A stretch of DNA of 64,000 nucleotides from the NCBI GenBank assembly GCA_947258615.1, contig CAMYIX010000043.1:72973-136972 (forward strand), in the 5' to 3' direction. Position numbers and translations under genes: made by a program. Position 1 is the first letter of the stretch; each line of letters opens with the position of its first letter. The notes under the pieces were generated by a model that saw only the letters and a list, made by a program, of their open reading frames with translations, ran no database searches and was not told the DNA's origin. The DNA comes from an uncultured Ectothiorhodospiraceae bacterium (GTDB lineage Bacteria > Pseudomonadota > Gammaproteobacteria > UBA9214). Below are positions 19,728-31,287 of this stretch, in pieces.

Positions 19728-19766
19728 CATGGCGTAACTACACAGCGTGACCGATCACAGGAGATC

Positions 19767-21467
19767 ATGCGGGTGGAACTGACTGGCGCGGAAATATTTG
19801 TCCGTTCGTTGCAGGATGAGGGTGTCGAAATTATTTTCGGCTATCCCGGCGGTGCCGTTTTGCATATCTACGATGCCCTGTACAGGCAGGACAAGATACA
19901 GCATATCCTGACGCGTCATGAGCAGGGCGCCACCCATGCGGCCGACGGCTATGCCCGCGCCACCGGCAAGCCGGGTGTCGTTATTGTGACATCCGGTCCC
20001 GGTGCGACCAACGCCGTGACCGGTATTGCCACTGCCTACATGGACTCCATTCCCATGGTGGTATTCACCGGCCAGGTACCCACGCACCTGATTGGCAATG
20101 ATGCCTTCCAGGAGGCCGATAACATCGGCATCACCCGACCCTGCGTTAAACACAATTTCCTTGTCAAGGACGTCCGGGACCTGGCTGAAACCATCAAGAA
20201 GGCCTTTTATGTTGCGACCACGGGTCGTCCCGGTCCGGTGGTGGTGGATATTCCCAAGGATGTCACGGCGGAAAAGACGGAATATCACTATCCGGACAAG
20301 GTCAGCATGCGCTCCTACAACCCGGTGCATGTGGGCCATGCCGGCCAGATCAAGCGTGCGGTCAGGCTGATGCTCGATGCCAAGCGCCCGATGATCTACA
20401 CGGGTGGCGGTGTCATCCTCGGCAACGCGGCCGGGTCGCTCACCGAGCTCGCCCGGCTGCTGGGCCACCCGGTGACCAATACCCTGATGGGCCTGGGCGC
20501 CTACCCGGCAACCGACCGGCAGTTTGTCGGCATGCTCGGCATGCACGGGACTTACGAGGCCAATATGGCCATGCACCACTGCGATGTGCTGATTGCCATC
20601 GGCGCACGCTTTGATGACCGGGTGACCGGCAATATCGAGAAGTTCTGTCCCAATGCAAAAATCGTTCACGTGGATATTGATCCCTCGAGCATATCCAAGA
20701 ACGTAAAGGTTGACGTGCCGATCGTCGGTTGTGTGGATAACGTCCTCAAGGCCATGATCAAGCTCATCAAGGGCAGCAAGCAGCGGCCGGATGAGGCGGC
20801 GCTCAGGGACTGGTGGCAGCAGATCGAGGACTGGCGTTCGAAGGACTGCCTGAAATACGATCACGACAGCGAGCTGATCAAGCCGCAGCATGTGCTGGAG
20901 TCCCTCTACAAGGTCACCGGGGGCGATGCCTTCGTGACCTCGGACGTTGGCCAGCACCAGATGTGGGCCGCGCAGTTCTACAAGTTCGACAAGCCGCGGC
21001 GCTGGATCAATTCCGGCGGGCTGGGGACGATGGGCTTCGGGCTGCCGGCAGCGATGGGCGTGCAGCTGGCGTATCGCGATGAGACGGTGGTGTGCGTAAC
21101 CGGTGAGGGCAGCATCCAGATGTGTATCCAGGAGCTGTCAACCTGCAAGCAGTATGCCCTGCCGCTGAAGATCGTGAACCTCAACAACGGCTACCTGGGC
21201 ATGGTGCGCCAGTGGCAGGAGTTTTTCTACCAGGGTCGTTACGCCATGTCCTATATGGAATCACTGCCTGATTTCGTGAAGCTGGCCGAAAGTTACGGGC
21301 ATGCGGGTATGAAGATTGATAAACCGGCCGACGTCGAGTCGGCCCTGGCAGAGGCCATGGCAATGAAGGACCGGCTGGTCTTCATGGACTTTATTACCGA
21401 CCCTGCAGAGAATGTCTATCCGATGATCCCCGCCGGTGGTGGCCAGAACGAGATGATACTGATATGA
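19767..21467 (+). CDS. ilvI: acetolactate synthase large subunit
   Basis: ThDP enzyme motifs ([11 protein letters not shown]...NN). AGGAG RBS 6 nt upstream of the ATG. Stop overlaps the ilvH start. Confidence 0.9.
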   Translation: MRVELTGAEIFVRSLQDEGVEIIFGYPGGAVLHIYDALYRQDKIQHILTRHEQGATHAADGYARATGKPGVVIVTSGPGATNAVTGIATAYMDSIPMVVFTGQVPTHLIGNDAFQEADNIGITRPCVKHNFLVKDVRDLAETIKKAFYVATTGRPGPVVVDIPKDVTAEKTEYHYPDKVSMRSYNPVHVGHAGQIKRAVRLMLDAKRPMIYTGGGVILGNAAGSLTELARLLGHPVTNTLMGLGAYPATDRQFVGMLGMHGTYEANMAMHHCDVLIAIGARFDDRVTGNIEKFCPNAKIVHVDIDPSSISKNVKVDVPIVGCVDNVLKAMIKLIKGSKQRPDEAALRDWWQQIEDWRSKDCLKYDHDSELIKPQHVLESLYKVTGGDAFVTSDVGQHQMWAAQFYKFDKPRRWINSGGLGTMGFGLPAAMGVQLAYRDETVVCVTGEGSIQMCIQELSTCKQYALPLKIVNLNNGYLGMVRQWQEFFYQGRYAMSYMESLPDFVKLAESYGHAGMKIDKPADVESALAEAMAMKDRLVFMDFITDPAENVYPMIPAGGGQNEMILI

Positions 21468-21955
21468 GACATATCATCTCGATTTTAATGGAAAACGAGG
21501 CCGGCGCACTGTCGCGGGTCGCCGGGCTGTTTTCAGCGCGCGGTTACAACATCGAGTCGCTGACCGTGGCCCCGACCGAAGACCCCTCGCTGTCGCGCAT
21601 GACCCTGGTCACGCGTGGTACCGACGAGATCATCGAGCAGATCACCAAGCAGCTCAACAAGCTGGTCGACGTGGTCAAGCTCATGGACATGACCGATGGT
21701 CCGCATATCGAACGCGAGATGATGCTGACCAAGGTACGTGCCGAGGGTGACGGGCGCGAGGAACTGAAACGCGTTTCCGATATCTTCCGCGGCCGTATTA
21801 TCGACGTCACCGACAAGAGCTATACGATTGAACTGACCGGTACCGGCGACAAGCTGGACGCCTTCCTGCAGGCGCTGGACCGGGCGCTGATTATCGAGGT
21901 CGTGCGTTCCGGGGTTTCGGGGATCGCCCGGGGTGAACGGGCGCTGAAACTCTGA
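21464..21955 (+). CDS. ilvH: acetolactate synthase small (regulatory) subunit
   Basis: [38 protein letters not shown] domain; 163 aa. Confidence 0.9.
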   Translation: MRHIISILMENEAGALSRVAGLFSARGYNIESLTVAPTEDPSLSRMTLVTRGTDEIIEQITKQLNKLVDVVKLMDMTDGPHIEREMMLTKVRAEGDGREELKRVSDIFRGRIIDVTDKSYTIELTGTGDKLDAFLQALDRALIIEVVRSGVSGIARGERALKL

Positions 21956-22022
21956 TCGCAATCTTCATTCAATTTGAATAACGGGAAGCCTGGACACCAG
22001 GACAGGCTTGAACAATGAGTAA

Positions 22023-23057
<1,035 letters not shown>

Positions 23058-23118
23058 TCACCGGCTTGCCCAGCGCTTGCCCTGATCGCGCTGTTGACCG
23101 TAAACCGGTGCAGGCCCG

Positions 23119-23730
23119 ATGAGTCGTTATCCCGTCATTGCCAGGGAAGGTCTGCTGCCCCTGCTGGCCAGCGTACTGGCGGCGGTGCTGGTGCTGCAGT
23201 TTGTTGGTTTATACCAGTCTCTGGTCCTGTGGGCGATCTGCCTGTCGCTGCTATTTGTTTTCCGGGACCCCGAGCGCGAGGTGCCCTCCGTCCCGCAGGC
23301 CGTGGTCTGTCCCGCTGACGGCAGGATCACCTCTATCGGCATGGTCCATGATCCCTACCTCAACCGACCGAGCATCAAGGTGAGCATGCAGATGAACCCC
23401 TACGGGGCCTACTCCACGCGCAGCCCTGTCGAAGGCAAGGTGCTGGAGCCGCCGGGCAACCCGAATGATCCCGATGCCCCGCACGGGGTCTGGTTACAGA
23501 CCGACGAGGGTGACGACATGGTGCTGGTTATGAACCGCGGACCGCTGAACAATGCCCCCCGGTGCTATGTGCGTTTCGGCGAGCGGGTTGGACAGGGGCA
23601 GCGCTGCGGTTTCATCCACCTGGGGGCGCAGATCGATCTTTATCTTCCGGAATCGTGCCGTACCGACGTGTCTCCCGGCGATTGGGTCAGAAGCGGTTCT
23701 GATATCATCGGGAAACTCATTCATAGCTGA
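23119..23730 (+). CDS. psd: phosphatidylserine decarboxylase-related protein (short archaeal-type Psd family)
   Basis: 203 aa with N-terminal TM helices and a conserved GS/GST-type processing region; directly upstream of pssA. Confidence 0.55.
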   Translation: MSRYPVIAREGLLPLLASVLAAVLVLQFVGLYQSLVLWAICLSLLFVFRDPEREVPSVPQAVVCPADGRITSIGMVHDPYLNRPSIKVSMQMNPYGAYSTRSPVEGKVLEPPGNPNDPDAPHGVWLQTDEGDDMVLVMNRGPLNNAPRCYVRFGERVGQGQRCGFIHLGAQIDLYLPESCRTDVSPGDWVRSGSDIIGKLIHS

Positions 23731-23734
23731 TGAC

Positions 23735-24523
23735 ATGACCAGCGTGCAACCAGGCGAACAGGACAGTACAGAGCAGAAGTCGCGGCGCGGCATCTACCTG
23801 CTTCCCAATATGATCACAACGGCCGGCCTGTTCGCCGGTTTCTACGCCATTGTGGCAGCCATGGGCGGGCGTTTCGAGGCCGCCGCCGTGGCCATATTCG
23901 TGGCCATGGTCATGGACGGTATCGATGGGCGTGTCGCCCGCCTGACACACACCCAGAGCGACTTCGGCGTGGAATACGACAGTCTGTCGGATATGGTGTG
24001 TTTCGGGCTGGCGCCGGCGCTGGTGATGTATGAATGGTCACTGCAGGCCATGGTCAGCATCGGCTGGGCCAAGCTTGGCTGGTTGTCCGCGTTCATCTAT
24101 ACCGCGGGCGCGGCCCTGCGCCTGGCGCGCTTCAATGCCCAGGTTGCCAGCGCCGAGAAACGCTACTTCAAGGGTCTGCCGAGTCCGTCTTCGGCCGGCG
24201 TCATGGCGGGGATGGTCTGGGTCGGTGCAGACCTGGGGATAGCCGGCGAGCAGGTCGTCTATCTGGCTTCTGCCTTGACCATTCTCATGGGGGGGCTGAT
24301 GGTCAGTAACATCAGTTACTACAGCTTCAAGGAGTTCGATTTCAAGAACCGCGTGCCGTTTGTGACCCTGTTGCTGGTGGTGCTGGTCTATGTATTCGCC
24401 TCCATTGACCCTCCCAAGGTCCTGTTTGCGGGCTTTCTGGTCTATGCCCTGTCGGGCCCTGTGCTGACCGTGTTGCGACGCCGGCACAAACGCACCAGCC
24501 AGGGCAAGGACAGCAGTCCCTGA
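23735..24523 (+). CDS. pssA: CDP-diacylglycerol--serine O-phosphatidyltransferase (CDP-alcohol phosphatidyltransferase family)
   Basis: CDP-OH transferase motif DGIDGRVARL...SDFGVEYDSLSD and multiple TM helices. Confidence 0.8.
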   Translation: MTSVQPGEQDSTEQKSRRGIYLLPNMITTAGLFAGFYAIVAAMGGRFEAAAVAIFVAMVMDGIDGRVARLTHTQSDFGVEYDSLSDMVCFGLAPALVMYEWSLQAMVSIGWAKLGWLSAFIYTAGAALRLARFNAQVASAEKRYFKGLPSPSSAGVMAGMVWVGADLGIAGEQVVYLASALTILMGGLMVSNISYYSFKEFDFKNRVPFVTLLLVVLVYVFASIDPPKVLFAGFLVYALSGPVLTVLRRRHKRTSQGKDSSP

Positions 24524-24811
24524 CCCTTGGCATCGGCAGGTCTATGTTTTATAGTTTTGGTTATGAATCAGTCTATCAACCCAACTGACTTCCCTGTCCC
24601 GGCCTTCCCCGCGCCAGGCCCTGGCCTGCTGCCACTTTCCCCGCGACTGCTGCCTTCGGGCAACTGATATCAACGCCTGGCGGGGTCACACGCAAACAAC
24701 ATGATTTCTGAAACCGGCACCGGACCGGCCGCTTTGTTATGCTGGCAGAGGTGCTGACCGGATCAACGGCTGGATCCCGATGATTCAGCCGGATCCAGAA
24801 CGGAGCCACAC

Positions 24812-26249
24812 ATGAGTGATGACCAATTAATCATTTTCGACACCACCTTGCGCGACGGCGAGCAAAGCCCGGGTGCCTCCATGACCCGGGATGAAAAGGT
24901 GCGGATTGCCAAGGCGCTGGAGCGTATGCGGGTGGACGTGATCGAGGCCGGTTTTCCGGTGGCCAGCCCGGGTGATTTCGAGGCCGTGCAGGCCGTTGCC
25001 GCCGCCGTTACGGACAGTACCGTGTGCGGGCTGGCGCGCGCCCTGGACAAGGACATCGACCGGGCGGGGGAGGCCCTGAAGCCGGCCGCCTCATCGCGGA
25101 TACACACCTTCATTGCCACCTCGCCGATACATATGAAAATGAAGCTGCGTATGGAACCCGACCAGGTTGTCGAGCAGGCGGTGCAAGCGGTCCGGCGCGC
25201 ACGGCGCTTCACCGACAATGTCGAGTTCTCGCCCGAGGATGCCGGGCGTTCCGAGATCGATTTCCTCTGTCGGGTGATCGAGGCGGTCATCGATGCCGGC
25301 GCCACCACGGTCAACATCCCCGATACCGTCGGCTACAACCTGCCGCACCAGTTCGGGGAACTGATCCGGACCCTGATCGAGCGGGTGCCCAATTCGGACA
25401 AGGCGGTGTTTTCCGTGCATTGCCATAACGACCTGGGCCTGGCCGTGGGCAATTCGCTCTCGGCCGTCCTCAACGGTGCGCGCCAGGTGGAGTGCACTAT
25501 CAATGGCCTCGGTGAACGGGCCGGCAATGCCGCGCTCGAGGAGGTGGTCATGACGGTGCAGACCCGCCAGGATATCTTCTCCTGCCGGACCGGCCTGGAC
25601 ACCACCCAGATCGTGCCGTGCTCGCGGCTGGTTTCCGGCATCACCGGATTTGCCGTGCAGCCCAACAAGGCCATCGTCGGGGTCAATGCCTTCGCCCATG
25701 AATCAGGGATTCACCAGGACGGTGTGCTCAAGAGCCGCGAGACCTACGAGATCATGCGTGCCCAGGATGTCGGCTGGTCGGCCAACCGGATCGTGCTGGG
25801 TAAGCATTCCGGCCGCAATGCGTTTCGTACCCGGCTCAATGACCTTGGCATCGAGTTCGAAACTGAGGAGGACCTGAACAATGCCTTCTCGCGCTTCAAG
25901 GACCTCGCCGACAAGAAACACGAGATCTTCGACGAGGACCTGCAGTCGCTGGTGACGGAGTCCGGGCTGGAGGCCGGTAACGAGTGGCTCAAGGGATGCC
26001 TCCTTCAAGGCGATCGAGGCACAGGTCAGCAGCCATACCGAGTTGCAACTCTATTCCGTAAACAACATCACCAGCGGGACGGATTCCCAGGGCGAGGTGA
26101 CGGTGCGTCTGCAGCGGGAAGGCCACATCGTCAACGGCCAGGGGGCCGATACGGATATCGTGATCGCTTCCGCCAAGGCCTATGTGAACGCGCTCAACAA
26201 GATCATCAGGCGCGAGGAACGGGCGCATCCCCAGCTCGGGGACGTATAG
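24812..26249 (+). pseudogene. leuA: 2-isopropylmalate synthase (LeuA) with an out-of-frame internal deletion in the C-terminal regulatory domain (~25985-26000)
   Basis: N-terminal catalytic domain intact ([22 protein letters not shown]). After ...[20 protein letters not shown] the frame drifts into nonsense. The conserved C-terminal region ([11 protein letters not shown]...[24 protein letters not shown]...[23 protein letters not shown]) continues in a different frame (ORF 26043-26249). About 35-40 residues of the first half of the regulatory domain are missing. Confidence 0.75.
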
Positions 26250-26300
26250 GCCCCATGAGAGAGTCGCGCTAAGGTGGGGATCCCTGCACACGGCGAGTAC

Positions 26301-26993
26301 CTGCAGGCCATGGGGATCCAGCAATGGGTGTCGCGTGACCGACCCCCAGCTGACGCGTTCGAGGTGCAGGCGACTGAAGAGGGCGGTGCTACTGACGGTG
26401 CCGCCGTCCTACAGCCGACTGCAATCGATGTGTCCATGCTTGACTGGGCAGCCCTGGAGGCGCGGGTGTCCGCCTGCGAGCGCTGTGCCCTGCATGCAAC
26501 GCGTCAGCGCACGGTGTTCGGCAGCGGTGACCGGTCGGCGGACTGGCTGATAATCGGCGAGGCACCCGGCGCGGACGAGGACCTCCAGGGGGAGCCGTTC
26601 GTGGGGCGCGCAGGCATGCTGTTGACAGCCATGCTGCAGGCGGTCGGTTACCGGCGCGACCAGGTCTATATCACCAATATCCTCAAGTGCCGGCCGCCCC
26701 GGAACCGCGACCCGCTGGCCGATGAAGTTTCCTGTTGTCGTGCCTACCTGGAGCGCCAGATTGAACTGGTCAATCCAAGGCTGATCCTGGCCGTCGGGCG
26801 GATTGCCGCCCACAACCTGCTCGGGACCGAAACCGCGATCGGCAAGCTGCGCGGTACCGTACACCACTATGGAAAAGACCGGATACCGCTGGTCGTTGTC
26901 TATCACCCTGCCTACCTGCTGCGCTCTCCCCTGGAAAAACGCAAGGCCTGGGAGGACTTGAAGCTGGCGCGGCAGGCCGCCGCTGGCGGGTAG
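26301..26993 (+). CDS. uracil-DNA glycosylase, family 4 (Fe-S cluster type)
   Basis: [36 protein letters not shown]...GRAGMLL and [10 protein letters not shown] motifs of family-4 UDG. Start uncertain: GTG at 26274, ATG at 26301, or ATG at 26436. Confidence 0.7.
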   Translation: MQAMGIQQWVSRDRPPADAFEVQATEEGGATDGAAVLQPTAIDVSMLDWAALEARVSACERCALHATRQRTVFGSGDRSADWLIIGEAPGADEDLQGEPFVGRAGMLLTAMLQAVGYRRDQVYITNILKCRPPRNRDPLADEVSCCRAYLERQIELVNPRLILAVGRIAAHNLLGTETAIGKLRGTVHHYGKDRIPLVVVYHPAYLLRSPLEKRKAWEDLKLARQAAAGG

Positions 26994-27016
26994 CGGACAA
27001 GCGTGTTCCTTCCATT

Positions 27017-27481
27017 ATGAGCGCCATCCTGAATGAACCTGCAGTGAGCTTCCGGCCCATGCAGGAGGCGGACCTGACGGACGTCGTCGAAATCGAGCGG
27101 CTCAGTTATCCCTATCCCTGGACCCGCACTATTTTCGCCGATTGTCTCCGGGCCGGTTATTCCTGCTGGGTCTGCGAGCGCCAGGGCATCATCGAAGGCT
27201 ATGGCGTGATCAGTGTCGTGGCCGGCGAATCACACCTTTTGAACCTGTGCGTCCGGGCGCAGGCCCGGCAGCGCGGGTACGGCCGTAAGCTATTGGATCA
27301 CTTAATATCCATTGCCCATCGCCACGGGGCCGAGGCGGTTTTTCTGGAGGTGCGGCCATCCAACAAGGCGGCGCTCGCACTGTATGGCAACAACGGCTTC
27401 AATGAGCTCGGGGTGCGCAAGGATTACTATCCTGCGCCGGGTGGGCGTGAGGATGCCCTGATCCTGGCACGCGTACTGTAG
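27017..27481 (+). CDS. rimI: ribosomal-protein-alanine N-acetyltransferase (GNAT)
   Basis: 154 aa GNAT fold; RimI-like N-terminus and the acetyl-CoA binding motif QRGYGRKLLDHLI. Confidence 0.7.
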   Translation: MSAILNEPAVSFRPMQEADLTDVVEIERLSYPYPWTRTIFADCLRAGYSCWVCERQGIIEGYGVISVVAGESHLLNLCVRAQARQRGYGRKLLDHLISIAHRHGAEAVFLEVRPSNKAALALYGNNGFNELGVRKDYYPAPGGREDALILARVL

Positions 27482-27668
27482 CCCGCGTTGCTCACCGGAG
27501 GGCGGTAGTGTTGCATAAGCTACTGAATTGATGAATAAAGTGAAGATCAAGGCATGGCGGTGCAGATGCGCGCATTGCCGGTCCCGCTGAGTAATGCTGG
27601 CTAGCGACGTTCCAGCCGGGATGCGGTAAAATAACCCGTTTCCCGAGTTGTAACACTTCCCGTTTGAC

Positions 27669-29249
27669 ATGAGCAGCCTGAAACACGAGGCGGCACGCCG
27701 CCGCACCTTTGCCATTATTTCCCATCCCGATGCGGGGAAAACCACCCTGACCGAGAAGTTGCTGCTGTTCGGCGGCGCGATCCAACTTGCCGGTACCGTC
27801 AAGGGGCGCAAGGCGGCACGGCACGCGACCTCTGATTGGATGGAACTCGAGAAGCAGCGCGGTATCTCGGTGACCTCCTCGGTGATGCAGTTTCCCTACC
27901 AGGAGTGCATGGTCAACCTGCTCGACACACCGGGCCACGAGGATTTCTCGGAGGACACCTACAGAACCCTGACCGCGGTCGATTCGGCGCTCATGGTCAT
28001 CGATGTGGCCAAGGGCGTGGAGGCACGCACCATCAAGCTAATGGAGGTTTGCCGTCTGCGAGCAACCCCCATCTTTACCTTCATCAACAAGCTTGATCGT
28101 GAGGGACGCGAACCGATCGAGCTGCTCGACGAGGTGGAGGATGTGCTCAAGATCAGGTGTGCTCCGATCACCTGGCCCATCGGCATGGGCAAGCGCTTCA
28201 GGGGGGTCTATCACCTGGTCGACGACAGCGTGCACCTCTATACCCCGGGAAAGGGTAGCGTGCGCCAGGATGTCAGCACCATCAAGGGCTTGGATAATCC
28301 GCTGCTGGCCGAGGTGCTCGGCGACCAGGCCGGTGAACTACGCGAGGAGATCGAGCTGGTCCAGGGTGCCAGCCACGGTTTCGATCTGGATGCCTACCTG
28401 CAGGGTGAACTCTCACCCGTGTTTTTCGGGTCGGCCATTAATAATTTCGGCGTGCAGGAGTTGCTCGACTATTTCGTCCACTACGCACCGGCTCCCCGGC
28501 CGCATGAAAATACCACCCGCAGCGTCGCGCCCGATGAGGAAAAGTTCACAGGTTTCGTTTTCAAGATCCAGGCGAACATGGACCCCCAGCACCGCGACCG
28601 CATCGCCTTCCTGCGGGTGTGTTCCGGCAGCTACAAGAAAGGCATGAAGATGCGTCATGTGCGTATCGGTCGGGACGTGCAGGTGGCCAATGCCCTGACC
28701 TTCCTGGCCTCGGACCGCGGTCATGTCGAGGAGGCCTGGCCGGGTGACATCATCGGCCTGCACAACCATGGCACCATCCGCATCGGTGACACCTTTACCC
28801 AGGGCGAGGAACTGAAGTATACCGGCATTCCGAATTTCGCCCCGGAGCTGTTTCGCCGTGCCATTCTAAAGGACCCGCTGCGCATGAAGGCCCTGCAGAA
28901 GGGGTTGGACCAGTTGTCCGAGGAGGGCGCGACCCAGTTGTTCCGTCCCTTCAAGAACAATGACCTGATTCTCGGGGCGGTGGGGGTGCTGCAGTTCGAT
29001 GTGGTTGCCCACCGGCTACGGGATGAATACAAGGTGGAATGCCTGTTCGAGCCCGTAACCGTTGCCACGGCACGCTGGGTGGAATGCGGCGATGAAAAGA
29101 TGCTGGAACGATTCAGGGAAAAGGCCTATGAAAACCTTGCTCTGGACCAGGGTGGCGCACTGGTCTATATAGCGCCCACGCGGGTCAACCTGGATCTGGC
29201 AATGGAGCGCTGGCCGGACATCCGCTTCAATGCTACCCGGGAGCACTGA
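27669..29249 (+). CDS. prfC: peptide chain release factor 3
   Basis: [22 protein letters not shown] GTPase motif; 526 aa; typical RF3. Confidence 0.92.
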   Translation: MSSLKHEAARRRTFAIISHPDAGKTTLTEKLLLFGGAIQLAGTVKGRKAARHATSDWMELEKQRGISVTSSVMQFPYQECMVNLLDTPGHEDFSEDTYRTLTAVDSALMVIDVAKGVEARTIKLMEVCRLRATPIFTFINKLDREGREPIELLDEVEDVLKIRCAPITWPIGMGKRFRGVYHLVDDSVHLYTPGKGSVRQDVSTIKGLDNPLLAEVLGDQAGELREEIELVQGASHGFDLDAYLQGELSPVFFGSAINNFGVQELLDYFVHYAPAPRPHENTTRSVAPDEEKFTGFVFKIQANMDPQHRDRIAFLRVCSGSYKKGMKMRHVRIGRDVQVANALTFLASDRGHVEEAWPGDIIGLHNHGTIRIGDTFTQGEELKYTGIPNFAPELFRRAILKDPLRMKALQKGLDQLSEEGATQLFRPFKNNDLILGAVGVLQFDVVAHRLRDEYKVECLFEPVTVATARWVECGDEKMLERFREKAYENLALDQGGALVYIAPTRVNLDLAMERWPDIRFNATREH

Positions 29250-29251
29250 GT

Positions 29252-29710
29252 CTAGAAATCAATCCAGTGGATGACGTGGTCCTCGAGCTGCTCCCTGGGG
29301 ACATCATTCTCGCTGGTGATTTTTCCGCGCACTGAGATGCCGGCCCGGTGCACACTCTCCGGGTCGCCGGAGACCAGCGGGTGCCACCATTCCAGTGGCT
29401 GGCCGTTTGCCAGGCGTCGATAGGCGCAGCTTGCCGGCAACCACTCGAACTGGCCGGCATCCCCCGCATGCAGGCTCAGGCAATCAGGAACGATGCTCAG
29501 TCGTTCACGGTAATTCGTGCAGCTGCAGGATTTCTCGTCCAGCAGGCGGCATGCCACGTTGGTATAAAAGAACAGGCCCGTATCGACATCTTCCAGTTTG
29601 TGCAGACAGCACCGGCCGCAGCCATCGCAGAGCTGCTCCCATTCCCCGGCAGACATCTCTGAAAGCGACTTGTTGTTCCAAAATGCTTCGGCTTCTGTAA
29701 CCATAGTCAA
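29252..29710 (-). CDS. ycgN: UPF0260 family Cys-rich protein YcgN
   Basis: 152 aa with a CDGCGRCC cluster, characteristic of YcgN/UPF0260. Confidence 0.7.
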   Translation of the reverse strand: MTMVTEAEAFWNNKSLSEMSAGEWEQLCDGCGRCCLHKLEDVDTGLFFYTNVACRLLDEKSCSCTNYRERLSIVPDCLSLHAGDAGQFEWLPASCAYRRLANGQPLEWWHPLVSGDPESVHRAGISVRGKITSENDVPREQLEDHVIHWIDF

Positions 29711-29767
29711 CGCGATTCAATCACTATGCAACGGATTATTACCGAATACGAACGTTCAGTGTAAGCG

Positions 29768-31060
29768 GTGGCCACAGGCACATCCCACGATAAGCGGAAA
29801 ACCATGCACCGACAGCGCCAGAAATGGGGATGGGCCATGTATGACTGGGCCAACTCGGCCTTTGCGACGATTGTTATCGCCGGCTTTTTCCCCCTGTTTT
29901 TCAAGGAATACTGGAATGCGGGTGTTCCGGTCACCGAGAGTACCTTCAGGCTGGGCCTGGCCAATTCTCTCGCCAGCCTGCTGATCGTTCTGATGGCGCC
30001 AGTCCTGGGTGCAGTGGCAGACTATCTGGGCCGTCGCAAGGGGATGCTGCTCCTGTTTGCCGCTTTTGGAATAGTGATGACCAGCGGTCTCTACCTGATA
30101 GGTGAGGATCAATGGTTGCTGGCAGCGTTTTTGTATGCCATGGCACTGGTCGGGTTCTCAGGCAGCAATATTTTCTATGATTCGCTGTTGCCTTTCGTCA
30201 GCGAGCCTAAAGGGGTCGACAAGACCTCGGCACTGGGCTTCGCGCTGGGTTATCTGGGCGGGGGGCTGGTGCTGGCCTTGAGTATCATTATGTCACTGTA
30301 TCCCGGTTGGTTCGGTTTGGCGGATACCGCTGCGGCAATTCGGTTATCGTTTGTACTGGTCGCCATCTGGTGGCTGGTCTTCACCATTCCGTTGATCCTG
30401 TATGTCCGCGAACCCGGCAATCACCCGCATGAATTGACGGCAGCGGTGTTTGTTGTCGGGTTCAAAAGGATCTGGGGGACCTTGCATGAGATCAGGCAGT
30501 TGCGTGATGCCTGGATATTTCTGCTTGCCTACTGGCTGTATATAGACGGGGTCGACACCATCGTGCGCATGGCAGTCGACTATGGCCTGTCACTCGGATT
30601 CGACAAGCAGGGGCTGATTCTGGCTCTGCTCATTACCCAGTTTACCGGCTTCCCGGCTGCATTGTTGTTCGGACAGTTCGGTAGCCGTTATGGCCCCCGG
30701 GCCGGGATTTATCTGGCGCTGACGGTCTACGTAATGGTCACTGTGTGGGGCGCCATGATGGAAAACGTGTGGGAATTCTATGTGCTGGCTTTCTCCATCG
30801 GGCTGGCGCAGGGGGGGATACAGGCATTGAGCCGGTCCATGTATGCACGCATGATCCCTGCAGGACGTACGGCCGAGTTTTTCGGTTTCTATAACATGAT
30901 GGGAAAATTTGCCGCAATCCTGGGGCCGTTGCTGATGGGGTGGGTGGGTGCCGTGACAGGAAACCCGCGCGCGGGGATTATTTCCTTGCTGGTGCTGTTT
31001 GTAGGCGGCGGACTCATGCTGTTACAGGTGCGGACAGACCGCCCCCCCCGCAGACATTGA
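29768..31060 (+). CDS. MFS transporter (UMF1/Atg22-like family)
   Basis: 12 predicted TM segments; WAMYDWANSAF N-terminal motif of the UMF1 family. The real start may be the internal ATG near 29804. Confidence 0.7.
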   Translation: MATGTSHDKRKTMHRQRQKWGWAMYDWANSAFATIVIAGFFPLFFKEYWNAGVPVTESTFRLGLANSLASLLIVLMAPVLGAVADYLGRRKGMLLLFAAFGIVMTSGLYLIGEDQWLLAAFLYAMALVGFSGSNIFYDSLLPFVSEPKGVDKTSALGFALGYLGGGLVLALSIIMSLYPGWFGLADTAAAIRLSFVLVAIWWLVFTIPLILYVREPGNHPHELTAAVFVVGFKRIWGTLHEIRQLRDAWIFLLAYWLYIDGVDTIVRMAVDYGLSLGFDKQGLILALLITQFTGFPAALLFGQFGSRYGPRAGIYLALTVYVMVTVWGAMMENVWEFYVLAFSIGLAQGGIQALSRSMYARMIPAGRTAEFFGFYNMMGKFAAILGPLLMGWVGAVTGNPRAGIISLLVLFVGGGLMLLQVRTDRPPRRH

Positions 31061-31287
31061 CTGAATGGCGGTTGTACGCAGTTGAAATGTGGCAGGACGA
31101 ACCGTCGCTGCGAGCACAATATATACAGTTATCAATATGGTCCCCCTACAACATATAGAACTCGTTGGTGTTATTCACGCAACTACTTGTTCTAAAAAAT
31201 AATTTAAGGTATAAGCTGTATGTGCTGCAGCAATTGAAAATAACCCTGTATGCATACGGCTGTTTTACATAGCGGGGAGTCGGGGAA

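Noticed and set aside
19683-19766. In-frame upstream extension of ilvI ([13 protein letters not shown]...).
   Set aside because: It contains the terminator-like hairpin and is not conserved in IlvI. The ATG at 19767 has a good AGGAG RBS and matches the canonical IlvI N-terminus.
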